Origin: Nitrospiraceae bacterium
GTDB taxonomy: Bacteria > Nitrospirota > Nitrospiria > Nitrospirales > Nitrospiraceae
Assembly (NCBI GenBank): GCA_050246315.1
Contig: JBFWWG010000015.1
Location: 30,778 to 94,777, forward strand
Length of the DNA stretch: 64,000 nt
Reading direction: 5' to 3'
Part shown: piece by piece, positions 20,423-29,556 of the stretch
Layout: each line of letters opens with the position of its first letter
How positions within the stretch are numbered: position 1 is the first letter of the stretch
The notes under the pieces: generated by a model
The model's database searches: none
What the model saw: only the letters and a program-made list of their open reading frames with translations
What the model was told of the DNA's origin: nothing
Made by a program: the position numbers and the translations under genes

Positions 20423-21778
20423 ATGGTTGGCCCAAGACTCGTCATCATCATATTCGCCGCCTGGATGCTGGCCGGGTGTCAGTCCGCTTCGCCTCGTGAG
20501 CGTGCGCCAGATGCGGGAGAGACGCAGGCCGTTCCTCGCGCCCAGGAGGTGCCGGAGACGAATGGGAGCGGCCTTGAGTCGGCCTCGGACGGGCCCTCCG
20601 CCACCCTCGCCTTTCGGGCGATGTTGCGTGACGAAAATCGCAATCACGTGCTGGAACAGGGTGAACGGATGACGCTGGAGGTCGAAATCACCAACCTTGG
20701 ACCCGGGTCCGTCTCGGACATCGAGATCCGCTGCAGCGGGAAGGGAGGAATCGCCGAACAATTCACCGGGTCCCCGCATGTGGCGACATTGCCTGCCGGG
20801 GTGCGTACGCGACTGGTCGCGACAGCCACAGCCCCATCGGTGGATCAAGTCCAGCAGGGAGAGTTGACGGTTGAGTTGGCAACCGGCGACTCATCGGTAC
20901 AACTGCCGCCGGCTAAGACCTTCGTGGTGGCGATTCGGCCGGGGTCGGCGGACCAGGTCGAAGTGCTCTCGGTGGACGTGGACCAAATCCCCATCCGGTC
21001 GCGCGGAGCCGAGCAGCCCCACGCGGTTGGCGTCGCCATCGGTATCGGGAATTACCGTGACCAAGGCCAGGCCGGCGGTCGTTACGCCGTCCACGATGCC
21101 GAGATCACCGCCGCCTATTGGCGCACGGTGGTCGGGGTGCCGGCATCTCGACTCAAGCTGCTGACCGGCCGGCGGGCGCTGCGTGACGATTTCGTGGATA
21201 CGTTCGAGACCTGGCTGCCACAACAGGTCAAACCGGGGTCGCTCGTCTATATCTACCTGTCAGGTAAGGCCTCGGTCCATCCGTCAACCGGGGCGGTGGA
21301 CCTGGCACCGTACGATGCCCTGCCGTCTTCGACGGAACGGCATTATCCGTTGCGGCGCCTGCACGCGGCGTTAGCGAGGCTCCCGATCGAGCGGGCGTTG
21401 TTGTTCTTGGAGGTGTCCCTCGAACCCTCAAGCGGCGACCTGACGCAGAATCCGGCGTTGCCTCGTTGGGAGACGCCTGATCTCGCGATCCATCCCGGCA
21501 AGATCGTCCAGGTGATTGGGAACCACGCGCTCCAGGAGGCGCACGATTATCCGCTCGGTCGGCATGGGCTCTTCACCTATCATCTCCTGAAGGGGTTGGC
21601 AGGAGAGGCAGATCCGAAGAAAACCGGGCGTGTGTCGCTCGGCGACTTGTGCCGGTATGTGAAGGAGCAGGTGAAGGACGCGGCCCGCACGGAGTTCGGG
21701 AATCAGCAGGAACCCATCTGCCGTCCGACGACGGCAGACGCCGCGATCGCGCAAGTGGTGATTACGCGCCTCAAGTGA
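20423..21778 (+). CDS. lipoprotein with Ig-like domain and caspase-fold (C14) domain lacking the catalytic dyad
   Basis: LAGC lipobox; VAIGIGNY, YAVHDA, YIYLSGKA, HGLFTYHLLKGL.GEAD. Confidence 0.8.
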   Translation: MVGPRLVIIIFAAWMLAGCQSASPRERAPDAGETQAVPRAQEVPETNGSGLESASDGPSATLAFRAMLRDENRNHVLEQGERMTLEVEITNLGPGSVSDIEIRCSGKGGIAEQFTGSPHVATLPAGVRTRLVATATAPSVDQVQQGELTVELATGDSSVQLPPAKTFVVAIRPGSADQVEVLSVDVDQIPIRSRGAEQPHAVGVAIGIGNYRDQGQAGGRYAVHDAEITAAYWRTVVGVPASRLKLLTGRRALRDDFVDTFETWLPQQVKPGSLVYIYLSGKASVHPSTGAVDLAPYDALPSSTERHYPLRRLHAALARLPIERALLFLEVSLEPSSGDLTQNPALPRWETPDLAIHPGKIVQVIGNHALQEAHDYPLGRHGLFTYHLLKGLAGEADPKKTGRVSLGDLCRYVKEQVKDAARTEFGNQQEPICRPTTADAAIAQVVITRLK

Positions 21779-21790
21779 GCGGCCCGTTCG

Positions 21791-21819
21791 TTGACACCGA
21801 GTAGCGGGGCCGCTATCAT
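21791..21819 (+). promoter_or_regulatory. sigma70 promoter for tRNA-Thr
   Basis: TTGACA-N17-TATCAT. Confidence 0.85.
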
Positions 21820-21851
21820 GCCTCTCTCCGCATTTGCTTCCCTGTGAAGTT

Positions 21852-21927
21852 GCCGGCGTAGCTCAGTTGGTAGAGCAGCGGTTTCGTAAACCGCAGGTCG
21901 CTGGTTCGATCCCAGTCGCCGGCTCCA
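21852..21927 (+). tRNA. tRNA-Thr (CGT)
   Basis: GCCGGCG/CGCCGGC stem, GCGGT-TTCGTAA-ACCGC anticodon arm, GGTTCGATCCC, CCA. Confidence 0.97.
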
Positions 21928-22088
21928 TACCAACCTTCGGTTGAACCAGCGGCTCACCAGGCGTAGCCTCTCCCCATTGACGCCGCTGGAGAACACCTCC
22001 AGTGATTGTTTCCTTGGAACCAACCTTCGGTTGTACCGCGAGCCTATTTGTCGCTTCATCGTCCACCCACCGCGAAACACCTCCAGTG
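21928..22088 (+). repeat. tRNA-linked ~90-nt tandem repeats
   Basis: ACCAACCTTCGGTTG at 21929 and 22019; ACACCTCCAGTG at 21993 and 22077. Confidence 0.8.
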
Positions 22089-22288
22089 TTTGGATGCTCG
22101 TCTTGCATCAGCGTGCTCGACCCGAAGTATTCTTCCCGGCATCCAACCACAGACTTTTTGTACTTCATCTGCTTTTTCCCCGGGAACGGTTCCATCCCCG
22201 TGGAGTCGGGTGACTTTCTCTTTGAGACTACGCTAGACTCGCGGTGTCAACGGTGAGAGATGGGAGATAGCCCCGAGGACGCGAGAGG

Positions 22289-22593
22289 ATGAGTCAATTT
22301 CGCCTGGTCTTTCGTGTCCATGCCATCCAGCGGATGTTTCAACGGCGGATCAGTGAAGCAGAAGTGAGGCGGGTGGTTGCGACGGGGGAGACCATCGAAA
22401 CCTATCCAACGCAGAAACCTATCCAACGGACAAGCCCTACCCCAGCAGGCTGATAGTGGGGTGGGAGCGGACCCGCCCCATCCATGTGGTGGCGGCCGAT
22501 CATGTCAGTGCACAAGAGACGATCATTGTGACCGTGTATGAGCCCGATACCGCCGAGTGGGAAGCGGGATTCAAGAGGAGGAAGTCTCAATGA
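22289..22593 (+). pseudogene. DUF4258-family putative toxin, frameshifted
   Basis: HAIQRMFQRRISEAEV..GETIETYP; 17-nt duplication; downstream frame PSRLIVG..RPIHVV..IVTVYEPD..W. Confidence 0.85.
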
Positions 22594-22817
22594 AATGCGT
22601 GATTTGCAAGGTTGGCGAGACGCAACCCGGTACGGCGACGGTGACGCTGGATCGGGAGACGGCCACAGTTGTCATCAAGAAAGTCCCGGCAAGGGTTTGC
22701 AGGAACTGCGGAGAAGAGTATGTGGAGGAGACCGTCACGGCTCGCCTCCTGAAGACAGCCGAAGAAGCCGTTCGTGCGGGCGTTCAGGTTGACGTGAGAA
22801 CGTACGCAGCCGCGTAG
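22590..22817 (+). CDS. YgiT-type zinc-finger (MqsA-like) antitoxin
   Basis: MKCVICK..VPARVCRNCGEEY; ATGA overlap with the toxin. Confidence 0.9.
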   Translation: MKCVICKVGETQPGTATVTLDRETATVVIKKVPARVCRNCGEEYVEETVTARLLKTAEEAVRAGVQVDVRTYAAA

Positions 22818-22883
22818 GATAGCATTCCTGCTCCTTGGTTCCAGTCCTCGCCACTTCTCAGGTCCGCCCAAGTTTCAAAATTA

Positions 22884-22905
22884 GGCTCTTCCGCAAATCG
22901 TGTGG
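22884..22905. mobile_element. solo ISL3-like terminal repeat
   Basis: GGCTCTTCCGCAAATCGTGTGG resembles the IRs of the 3568-4979 element. Confidence 0.5.
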
Positions 22906-23349
22906 ATTGCTTGTAAGACCCACACCCTCGGCGCGGGCGAGGGGACGCTCGCTCTCGCGCCTCCCGGATCGACCCGTCCGGGGCTCCGCAGGCGGACCCC
23001 TTCTGGAATTCGCTCCGCTACGGTCTGGCGACCGTGGGGCATCGGTCAGGTCCCGCTTTCCTTCCTGCCGTGCCCTCGGTGGGGCCCCGATCCTCCGGCA
23101 ATGCGACCGGGCCTCCCTCGCTCTGCTCCCCGGGACAGGCGTGCGGCGCGGCCTCAGAGGCGCGGCGACCACTAGGACGAGAAGCGTCATGGAGTCTCAT
23201 AGCTAATGCCGGAAGTTGCCGGGCGTGACCGTACAGATGACGGATTTGTCCGGCCGGACATCCGATTGCCGTCCCGTCTCGTACATGGTTGTATGAAGAT
23301 CATTCAGGCCGGCCAGAGGGTGCATCGTGTGTTCCTTCTCTCGCTGCGC

Positions 23350-24657
23350 ATGATTCTCTTCCACTCCATTCGTCTGATACTTCTGCTCGTACTTGCTGTC
23401 GGCGGTTGTGCGTCGGCGAGACCGCTTGCCCCCGGCTACGCCGAGGTGGCCGGGGCTTCGCCCACTCTAGCGGCGAGTGTCGAGATCGGCGACAAGGAAC
23501 GAAGCGATGGTCGGTTCATTGGACTAGCCATGTCCGGCGGAGGCAGCCGTGCTGCCGTGTTTGGTGCAGCGGTACTCAAAGAGCTGGAACGGCTCGGACT
23601 GCTCCAACAGGTCGATGTCATGTCCGCGGTCTCCGGTGGAGCGCTGCCGGCGGCCTACTATGCGCTGGACGGTTATCGATCCGTAGATTTTGCCAAGGGC
23701 TTCTTGGATCGGATGAGCCGGGATTTCCAGAGCAAAGCGTGGAGACGATGGTGGTCGCCCGCCAACGTCCTGCGATACTGGTTCACGGACAAGACAAAAT
23801 CAGATACCGTGATCGAGATGCTCGACGAGGAATTGTTCCAGCGTGCGACCTATGCTGACCTGAATCCGGCAAGGCCGAAACTGCTCCTCAATGCCGCGAA
23901 CGCCTTGAACGGCGAGCCGTTCATCATCGCCGACGAGAGCTTCGCGAGCCTGGGCTTGTCGTTGGCACCGTTCAGCATCGCGCGCGCCGTCTACATGTCG
24001 GCGGCCTATCCCGGTGTGCTGGAGCCGCTGGCTTTGCACAATGGGGCATCGACCGGCGGAGGGCAGGCCCGCACCCCGGCGTTGTTGTACGACGGAGGGG
24101 CGGTCGACAATCTCGGCATCAAGACCCTGCTCACGGTGTTGAACAGGGCCGCGGAACGGGAACCGCTGGAGAACCAATTCCCCAACGGTTGTCTATTCAT
24201 CTCCGTGGATGCCTCGCCTCGCTTCAGTCGGGATGACGGCCAGCCATTGCCCGCCGCAACCGTGTTGCTCAAGAGCAATCGACGGGAAGTGCTGGAGCGA
24301 GTCGGCCTTCCGGCCGACCGCCAAGATCGGGCTCGGTTCGGCGGGTTTGCCGTGGGAACGGAGAACAGGCAGGGCTCCTGTCGGATCTGGCACCTCGCGC
24401 TCCGTCAGTTGCCGGACAGCGATCCGCTCGGTGCGAAGGTTACGAGCATCGCGACTACTCTGAAGATCGATGCGGAGGATCGGGAGGCGTTGGTCACGGC
24501 GGCGAAACGGCTTGTCGAAGAGAGCCGGGCTGAGGCGTATCGGAGCGGAGATTTGGCGCAGTTTCTGCGCTCCGCAATCATCGGCGAGTCATTCGAGGGG
24601 TCCGCATCAAGCGTGACACAGCGCTTACGAGCGTCGCGTGACCAATGGAATCCCTGA
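23350..24657 (+). CDS. patatin-like phospholipase (lipoprotein)
   Basis: SGGGSRAA, SAVSGG, DGG; VGGC lipobox. Confidence 0.88.
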   Translation: MILFHSIRLILLLVLAVGGCASARPLAPGYAEVAGASPTLAASVEIGDKERSDGRFIGLAMSGGGSRAAVFGAAVLKELERLGLLQQVDVMSAVSGGALPAAYYALDGYRSVDFAKGFLDRMSRDFQSKAWRRWWSPANVLRYWFTDKTKSDTVIEMLDEELFQRATYADLNPARPKLLLNAANALNGEPFIIADESFASLGLSLAPFSIARAVYMSAAYPGVLEPLALHNGASTGGGQARTPALLYDGGAVDNLGIKTLLTVLNRAAEREPLENQFPNGCLFISVDASPRFSRDDGQPLPAATVLLKSNRREVLERVGLPADRQDRARFGGFAVGTENRQGSCRIWHLALRQLPDSDPLGAKVTSIATTLKIDAEDREALVTAAKRLVEESRAEAYRSGDLAQFLRSAIIGESFEGSASSVTQRLRASRDQWNP

Positions 24658-25325
24658 ACCGGTTAAAACAGGTCTTCCTCACCGGCGGGACCGGCTATCT
24701 GGGCAGCCGCCTGATCCCGCTCCTGGCCCAACGTGGGTACGGAGTTCGCACGCTCGTGCGGGAGTCGTCGCGCCGGCGACTGCCCGCCGGTTGTGAGCCG
24801 GTGATCGGCGATCCGCTCGATGCGCGGACCTTCGTTGACCATGTGCGAAGGGCGGACACGTTCGTGCAATTGGTCGGCACGCCGAAACCGGCTCCGTGGA
24901 AAGGCGAACAGTTTCGCGCCGTCGACCGGCGGTCCGGGTTGGCGTCGATCGATGCGGCCAGGCAGGTCGGCGTCGACCACTTCATCTACGTCAGCGTGGC
25001 CCATCCGGCGCCGATCATGAACGACTACATTGCCGTGCGGCTCGAGTGCGAAGCGGCCCTGCGCGAGAGCGCACAGTGCGCGACGATACTCCGACCCTGG
25101 TATATCCTGGGACCGGGCCACTGGTGGCCGGCGCTGCTGAAACCGGCCTATTGGCTCTGCAAGCGGCTTCCGACCACCAGGGAATCGGCAGCCCGTCTGG
25201 GCCTCGTGACGATCGAGCAGATGCTTTGTGCGATCCTGTGGGCCATGGACCATCCGCCCAACCACGTCCACGTGATCAACGTTCCGGAGATAAGACGCCT
25301 CGGAGGCGTACCTGCGCCAGGGTGA
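24645..25325 (+). CDS. NAD(P)-binding SDR/NmrA-like protein
   Basis: VFLTGGTGYLGS Rossmann motif; TILRPWY. Confidence 0.88.
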   Translation: MESLNRLKQVFLTGGTGYLGSRLIPLLAQRGYGVRTLVRESSRRRLPAGCEPVIGDPLDARTFVDHVRRADTFVQLVGTPKPAPWKGEQFRAVDRRSGLASIDAARQVGVDHFIYVSVAHPAPIMNDYIAVRLECEAALRESAQCATILRPWYILGPGHWWPALLKPAYWLCKRLPTTRESAARLGLVTIEQMLCAILWAMDHPPNHVHVINVPEIRRLGGVPAPG

Positions 25326-25503
25326 GAATCTCGTCGTCTCTATCGGGGCGGCGAGCCAAGGCGATCTGATAATCCTCATACTCCTGAAGGTAGAGATCCA
25401 ATGCCTTCTTGATGAAGTAGCTCTTCGGGCGGTCGCTCTCCTTCGCGAGCTTCTACAGTTTCCGATCCATCTGTTCATCGAGTCTCAACGTCAAGACCGC
25501 CAT
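25276..25503 (-). pseudogene. ribbon-helix-helix (CopG/RelB-like) antitoxin with in-frame TAG
   Basis: GAGGAGG RBS; MAVLTLRLDEQMDRKL*KLAKESDRPKSYFIKKALDLYLQEYEDY. Confidence 0.75.
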
Positions 25504-25738
25504 CGTGACCTCCTCGTAGATGCTCCTGTAGCCTATGTATGACACGCGCATGACGTCAAGGTGCCGGACTCGCTGCGCGAGAAACCGAGGCGTTTGTCCC
25601 CGTATGATTCATGTCTTTGCGCTTACGGCGCCTGCAGTACAGGTTACCGTGACATCATGCTTCGTCTATCGGGAATGATTCAGCCACACCTTGCCGCTCG
25701 CATCCGATCCCTGATACGCTCAGAAACACAACGCAGTT

Positions 25739-25791
25739 GGGGATGGAGTCCCCCAGATCAAACCGCCGATGGCCGGGCTGATGACTCCTAC
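25739..25791 (+). promoter_or_regulatory. fluoride (crcB) riboswitch
   Basis: GGGGATGGAGTCCCCC..AAACCGCC..GGCTGATGACTCCTAC matches the consensus, including the GGAG/CTCC pseudoknot; terminator-like CCGCC-GCCA-GGCGG-TTTT at 25838-25855. Confidence 0.92.
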
Positions 25792-25888
25792 GCTACAGAT
25801 GGCTGTAGCCGTGGAGTGGTCACGAATGTCGTGATCCCCGCCGCCAGGCGGTTTTGTCGTTTCTTCGGCCGGAACGGAGGACTCCCGC

Positions 25889-27094
25889 ATGGACCCCATC
25901 TTTGCGACCGCTGCGCTCTGGCTTGCCCTTGCCGTTGTTTCCGCGCTGATCGCCGCCCACCTTCGCCTCTCCATCGCGCTGGTTGAGATCTGTCTCGGCG
26001 TGACGGTTGCCGCTGTCGCCGGCTGGTTTCATCTCGAGGATGTGTTGGACACCAACTCGGACTGGGTACGATTCCTCGCCTCCTCCGGCGCGGTCGTGCT
26101 CACGTTTCTGGCTGGGGCTGAACTCGATCCTGACGTCATGCGGACCAAGTTACAGGAAGTGAGCGTGGTGGGGTTGGTCGGCTTTCTGGCGCCGTTTGTG
26201 GGTTGCGCCGCCGTCGCCTTCTATGTCCTCGGCTGGGATATTCGGGCCAGTTGGCTCTGCGGTGTGGCGCTCTCTACGACCTCCATGGCCGTGGTCTATG
26301 CCGTGCTGTTGGAAACCGGGTTCAACCGGACGGAATTCGGGAAGGGTCTGCTTGGAGCCTGCTTCGTGAACGATCTCGGGACGGTTATCGCGCTCGGTAT
26401 CCTCTTTGCGCCCTTCACCTACAAGACATTGCTCTTCATCGCTGGGAGCCTTGTGGCGATCTCAACCCTGCCCAGGCTGACGACCTGGCTGACCCATCAT
26501 TATGGTAACCGAACGGCGGCGATCCGGACGAAATGGGTGCTGGTCGTCCTTTTTGGCTTGGGCGCCTTGGCCCTTTGGTCGGGGAGCGAAGCTGTACTCC
26601 CCGCCTATCTGGCGGGAATGGCGCTCGCCGGCAGTGCCGCTCGTGATACCCATTGGATCAGACGGCTCCGGACGTTGACGGTCGGGTTTCTCACACCCTT
26701 CTATTTCATCAGAGCCGGAACGCTGGTGTCGCTACCGGCGCTGCTGGCTGCGCCGTCGATCTTTACGGCGCTGGTGGCGGCGAAGATGGTCTCGAAGATC
26801 GTCGGCCTCTACCCGGCGATTCAACTGTACCGGCGGGAACGCAACGAACGGTGGTATTACACCCTGTTGATGTCCACCGGCCTGACGTTCGGGACGATCT
26901 CAGCGATCTATGGCCTGGCGCACGGCATTGTGACACAGGAACAGTATTCCTTCCTGGTAGCGGCGGTGATTGCCAGCGCGGTCGTTCCCACCGTGATCGC
27001 GGGGGCGGCCTTTGTGCCGACGCACCTGTTGCCGGAGGGAGCACAAGGAGGCAAGCCGGTGAGACGGATCGATGGCTTGAGCGAGGAGGGATGA
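25889..27094 (+). CDS. cation:proton antiporter (CPA family)
   Basis: About 12 TM helices; LTFLAGAELD, ALSTTSMAVV, ACFVNDLGT. Confidence 0.9.
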   Translation: MDPIFATAALWLALAVVSALIAAHLRLSIALVEICLGVTVAAVAGWFHLEDVLDTNSDWVRFLASSGAVVLTFLAGAELDPDVMRTKLQEVSVVGLVGFLAPFVGCAAVAFYVLGWDIRASWLCGVALSTTSMAVVYAVLLETGFNRTEFGKGLLGACFVNDLGTVIALGILFAPFTYKTLLFIAGSLVAISTLPRLTTWLTHHYGNRTAAIRTKWVLVVLFGLGALALWSGSEAVLPAYLAGMALAGSAARDTHWIRRLRTLTVGFLTPFYFIRAGTLVSLPALLAAPSIFTALVAAKMVSKIVGLYPAIQLYRRERNERWYYTLLMSTGLTFGTISAIYGLAHGIVTQEQYSFLVAAVIASAVVPTVIAGAAFVPTHLLPEGAQGGKPVRRIDGLSEEG

Positions 27095-27108
27095 AGCGGG
27101 AGGCAGTG

Positions 27109-27226
27109 AGTCGTCAACGGTCAATCGTCCGGCGTCAGCCGTCATTCGATGACAGAGAGGGAACACCGTGCAGCGTTTCGATACTGTTGCGGATGACGGA
27201 TGACGAATGACGGGTGACGAAAGACG
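27109..27226. repeat. inverted heptamer repeat arrays
   Basis: 5x NNNNGTC (27109-27143) and 5x NNNGACG (27192-27226) between convergent genes. Confidence 0.75.
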
Positions 27227-27233
27227 GACTGGG

Positions 27234-28466
27234 TTAACCGGACTGCGCTGCTGCGCGTGTGATCCTCGCTCGCATGGTCAGCAGCCACAGGAGGCCCATC
27301 GCTCCAACCGCCGCCGCTGCTCCAAACGCGACGGAGGCCTGTTGCGATTCGAGCAGGTAGCCGACCGAGAGACTCGACAACATGTCGCCGGCAGCGTTGG
27401 CGCAGGCCAACAGGCCGAAACCGAGGCTCCGCATGGCCCGCGGCAACAGCTCGGCGGCCACGGCCTTCTCCAACGTTTCTTCCACCGCGATGTAGCAGCC
27501 CGATAGCAGTATCACAGCCAGAATGCCTCCCGTCGAACCTCCGGCAAAGGCCAGCAGGAGGTTCGTCACGACACCAAGCCCGTAGCCCCAAAGTAGTATA
27601 TGGAGCTTCGACCCCCGGTCTCCCAGATGCCCGACCGGATAGGCGACAGCGGCGCTCACCAGATTGTGTAGGGCATAAAGCAGGACGGCGGTTGAGAGCG
27701 TTCCTCCCGAGAGCGCCGCGGCCTCCGGCGTTACCGAGCCGTCAAAGTGCTGGGCCGCGACCCAAATCAGGAACGTCCGGGAGAAGTCTCCGAGGCCGAA
27801 CAGAGACACTCCTACGAGCAGGAGCCAGAACGAGCGGGGAAAGGCCGACAGTCCCTGTCGGTGACCGGACTGGTGGGCGGTAGCCAAGTGTTCGTGGCGG
27901 CGCTCCTTCGTGAGAAAGAAGAGCGATGCCGCGGCCAGCAGTCCGGGGATGACTGTCCAGAGGATGACGGTGCGAAATTCAATCCCTCCCCAAATCAACA
28001 GCGTGGCGATCAATGGTCCGAGCACTGCCCCGAGCATGTCGCCGGCCCGTTCCAGCCCATAAGCCCGTCCATAATGAGTCGGCTCGACGGCATCGGCGAG
28101 CAGGTCGTCCCGGAGCGGTCCGCGAAAGCCGCGGCCGACCCAGGCCAAACTGCGAAAGCCGACCAAGGCCATGAGGCTCTCGGCGAACCCGATCGCCCAG
28201 GTGGCGAGGGCGGTGGTGAGATAACCCAGCGAGGCCAGGGACCGTTTGTGATCTGTGTGATGGCCGACGAACCCGCCGGCCAGCTTGGAGAGGCTCACCA
28301 GGAAATCGGCGAAGCCTTCCATCAGGCCGAGCGCGGCAGGCCCCAGCCCTAGCGTAGCCAGATAGAGTGGAAGGACCGCCGTGCACATCTCATGGCTGAC
28401 ATCGGAAAAGAACGTCGCCAGGACGATCCCAAGCACGGACCGATTGATCCACGAGGCAGAGTACAT
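27234..28466 (-). CDS. MFS transporter
   Basis: SDVSHEM, GRGFRGPLRD.LLAD, GRAYGLERAGD; about 12 TM helices. Confidence 0.9.
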   Translation of the reverse strand: MYSASWINRSVLGIVLATFFSDVSHEMCTAVLPLYLATLGLGPAALGLMEGFADFLVSLSKLAGGFVGHHTDHKRSLASLGYLTTALATWAIGFAESLMALVGFRSLAWVGRGFRGPLRDDLLADAVEPTHYGRAYGLERAGDMLGAVLGPLIATLLIWGGIEFRTVILWTVIPGLLAAASLFFLTKERRHEHLATAHQSGHRQGLSAFPRSFWLLLVGVSLFGLGDFSRTFLIWVAAQHFDGSVTPEAAALSGGTLSTAVLLYALHNLVSAAVAYPVGHLGDRGSKLHILLWGYGLGVVTNLLLAFAGGSTGGILAVILLSGCYIAVEETLEKAVAAELLPRAMRSLGFGLLACANAAGDMLSSLSVGYLLESQQASVAFGAAAAVGAMGLLWLLTMRARITRAAAQSG

Positions 28467-28562
28467 CGCCGGTCTACAACGGAGCAGGTTCAGGGATCGA
28501 TGGCATGTGACGCGGAACGAGAATCTACCTGATGGCGAGAAGAAATTCGAGATGAGGAGCGA

Positions 28563-28701
28563 CTAGCCGGTTGCAGAAGAACTCGAGTTGTGTGTTTCGA
28601 CAGGTTCAGCACGATCGGAAGGTACCGGTACCTTCAATGACCGCTCCATGCGTCCTGGGGGCCTCGACGGGTGACCGGATGGTTTTTCCACAGTCTGCTA
28701 G
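28563..28701. mobile_element. MITE with CTAG ends
   Basis: CTAGCCGGTTGCAGAAGAAC ... GTTTTTCCACAGTCTGCTAG imperfect TIRs. Confidence 0.65.
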
Positions 28702-29120
28702 AAGGGGATGCGGAGGCCCATGTGAAATTCGTTGGGCAGGTACCCGCCGGTCGTGTTGCCCAGTATGCTTTTCTGCTGCAGCGTAGGGTCCTGGCTGAGC
28801 ATCCGATCCTGTTCGGTCGCGTATCCGCCGCCGAATCCGGCGCCGAGATAAGGAATCAACGTTTGGTCGCCAACCTGGATCTCTCCGCTGATGGTCGGCG
28901 GTTCGCGCAACATCCTGGCGGTCGGGTCGGGAAGGGGAGGCGAGTCCATAGGGCCAGGAGTCCCGCGTTGGAGTGTGGAGAGACTTGGAGGTACGCTTCC
29001 ATGTTCGCTCTCAGCCTCGCCGGCCCATGACGCGACGCTCGTGTGGATGGGCGCGGCTACGAGGAGGCTTACTGTGGCAAGCCGAATCGTCATGAATAAT
29101 GCGGGCCAAGCGTGGCTCAT
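28698..29120 (-). CDS. exported protein ending in an outer-membrane beta-signal
   Basis: Signal peptide, IPYLGAGFGGG, C-terminal EFHMGLRIPF. Confidence 0.7.
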   Translation of the reverse strand: MSHAWPALFMTIRLATVSLLVAAPIHTSVASWAGEAESEHGSVPPSLSTLQRGTPGPMDSPPLPDPTARMLREPPTISGEIQVGDQTLIPYLGAGFGGGYATEQDRMLSQDPTLQQKSILGNTTGGYLPNEFHMGLRIPF

Positions 29121-29270
29121 ATCGATTGCCTCGGCGGTTATCGCGGCAATGCGACCTGGTCCCCTGCCTGGCATCGGCAGGATCGATCAGGTCCGAGGGC
29201 GCCGCTAGTAGTAGACGTCGTGCCCGCGGCCGACAATGCCGACGAATATGCAAACTGAAATCTGAGGCGA

Positions 29271-29286
29271 AGCAATCACCATGCCG
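29271..29286 (-). promoter_or_regulatory. sigma54 -24/-12 promoter
   Basis: CGGCAT-GGTGA-TTGCT upstream of the 29120 gene. Confidence 0.6.
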
Positions 29287-29470
29287 AGGCTCATCGCTAT
29301 TCAAATTGGGGAGGCGAGAGAGGAGGTGGGAGATAGCCTGTCTACTTCACAGCACAGGTCTGTGTCTGCAGGGATTCACCTGACTCGGATAGGCGACGGC
29401 GTCAAGCTCGGTCCAGCAGTCACGATAGAGGTGCAACAGCAGTCGTGCCAAGCGGGTACTGGTGCACAAG

Positions 29471-29505
29471 AAAAAGGGAGCACGGCCTTGACACCGTGCC
29501 CCCTT
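29471..29505 (-). terminator. intrinsic terminator
   Basis: GGGGGCACGG-loop-CCGTGCTCCC-TTTTT downstream of the 29557 gene. Confidence 0.8.
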
Positions 29506-29556
29506 CCCAACGAACAGGCCGTCTTGGTCTAGCCGACGGCCAGTCTTGGTCTACGA

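Noticed and set aside
21928..28701. Intact integrative island at tRNA-Thr
   Set aside because: Accessory-like content, but no integrase and no duplicated tRNA 3' end seen
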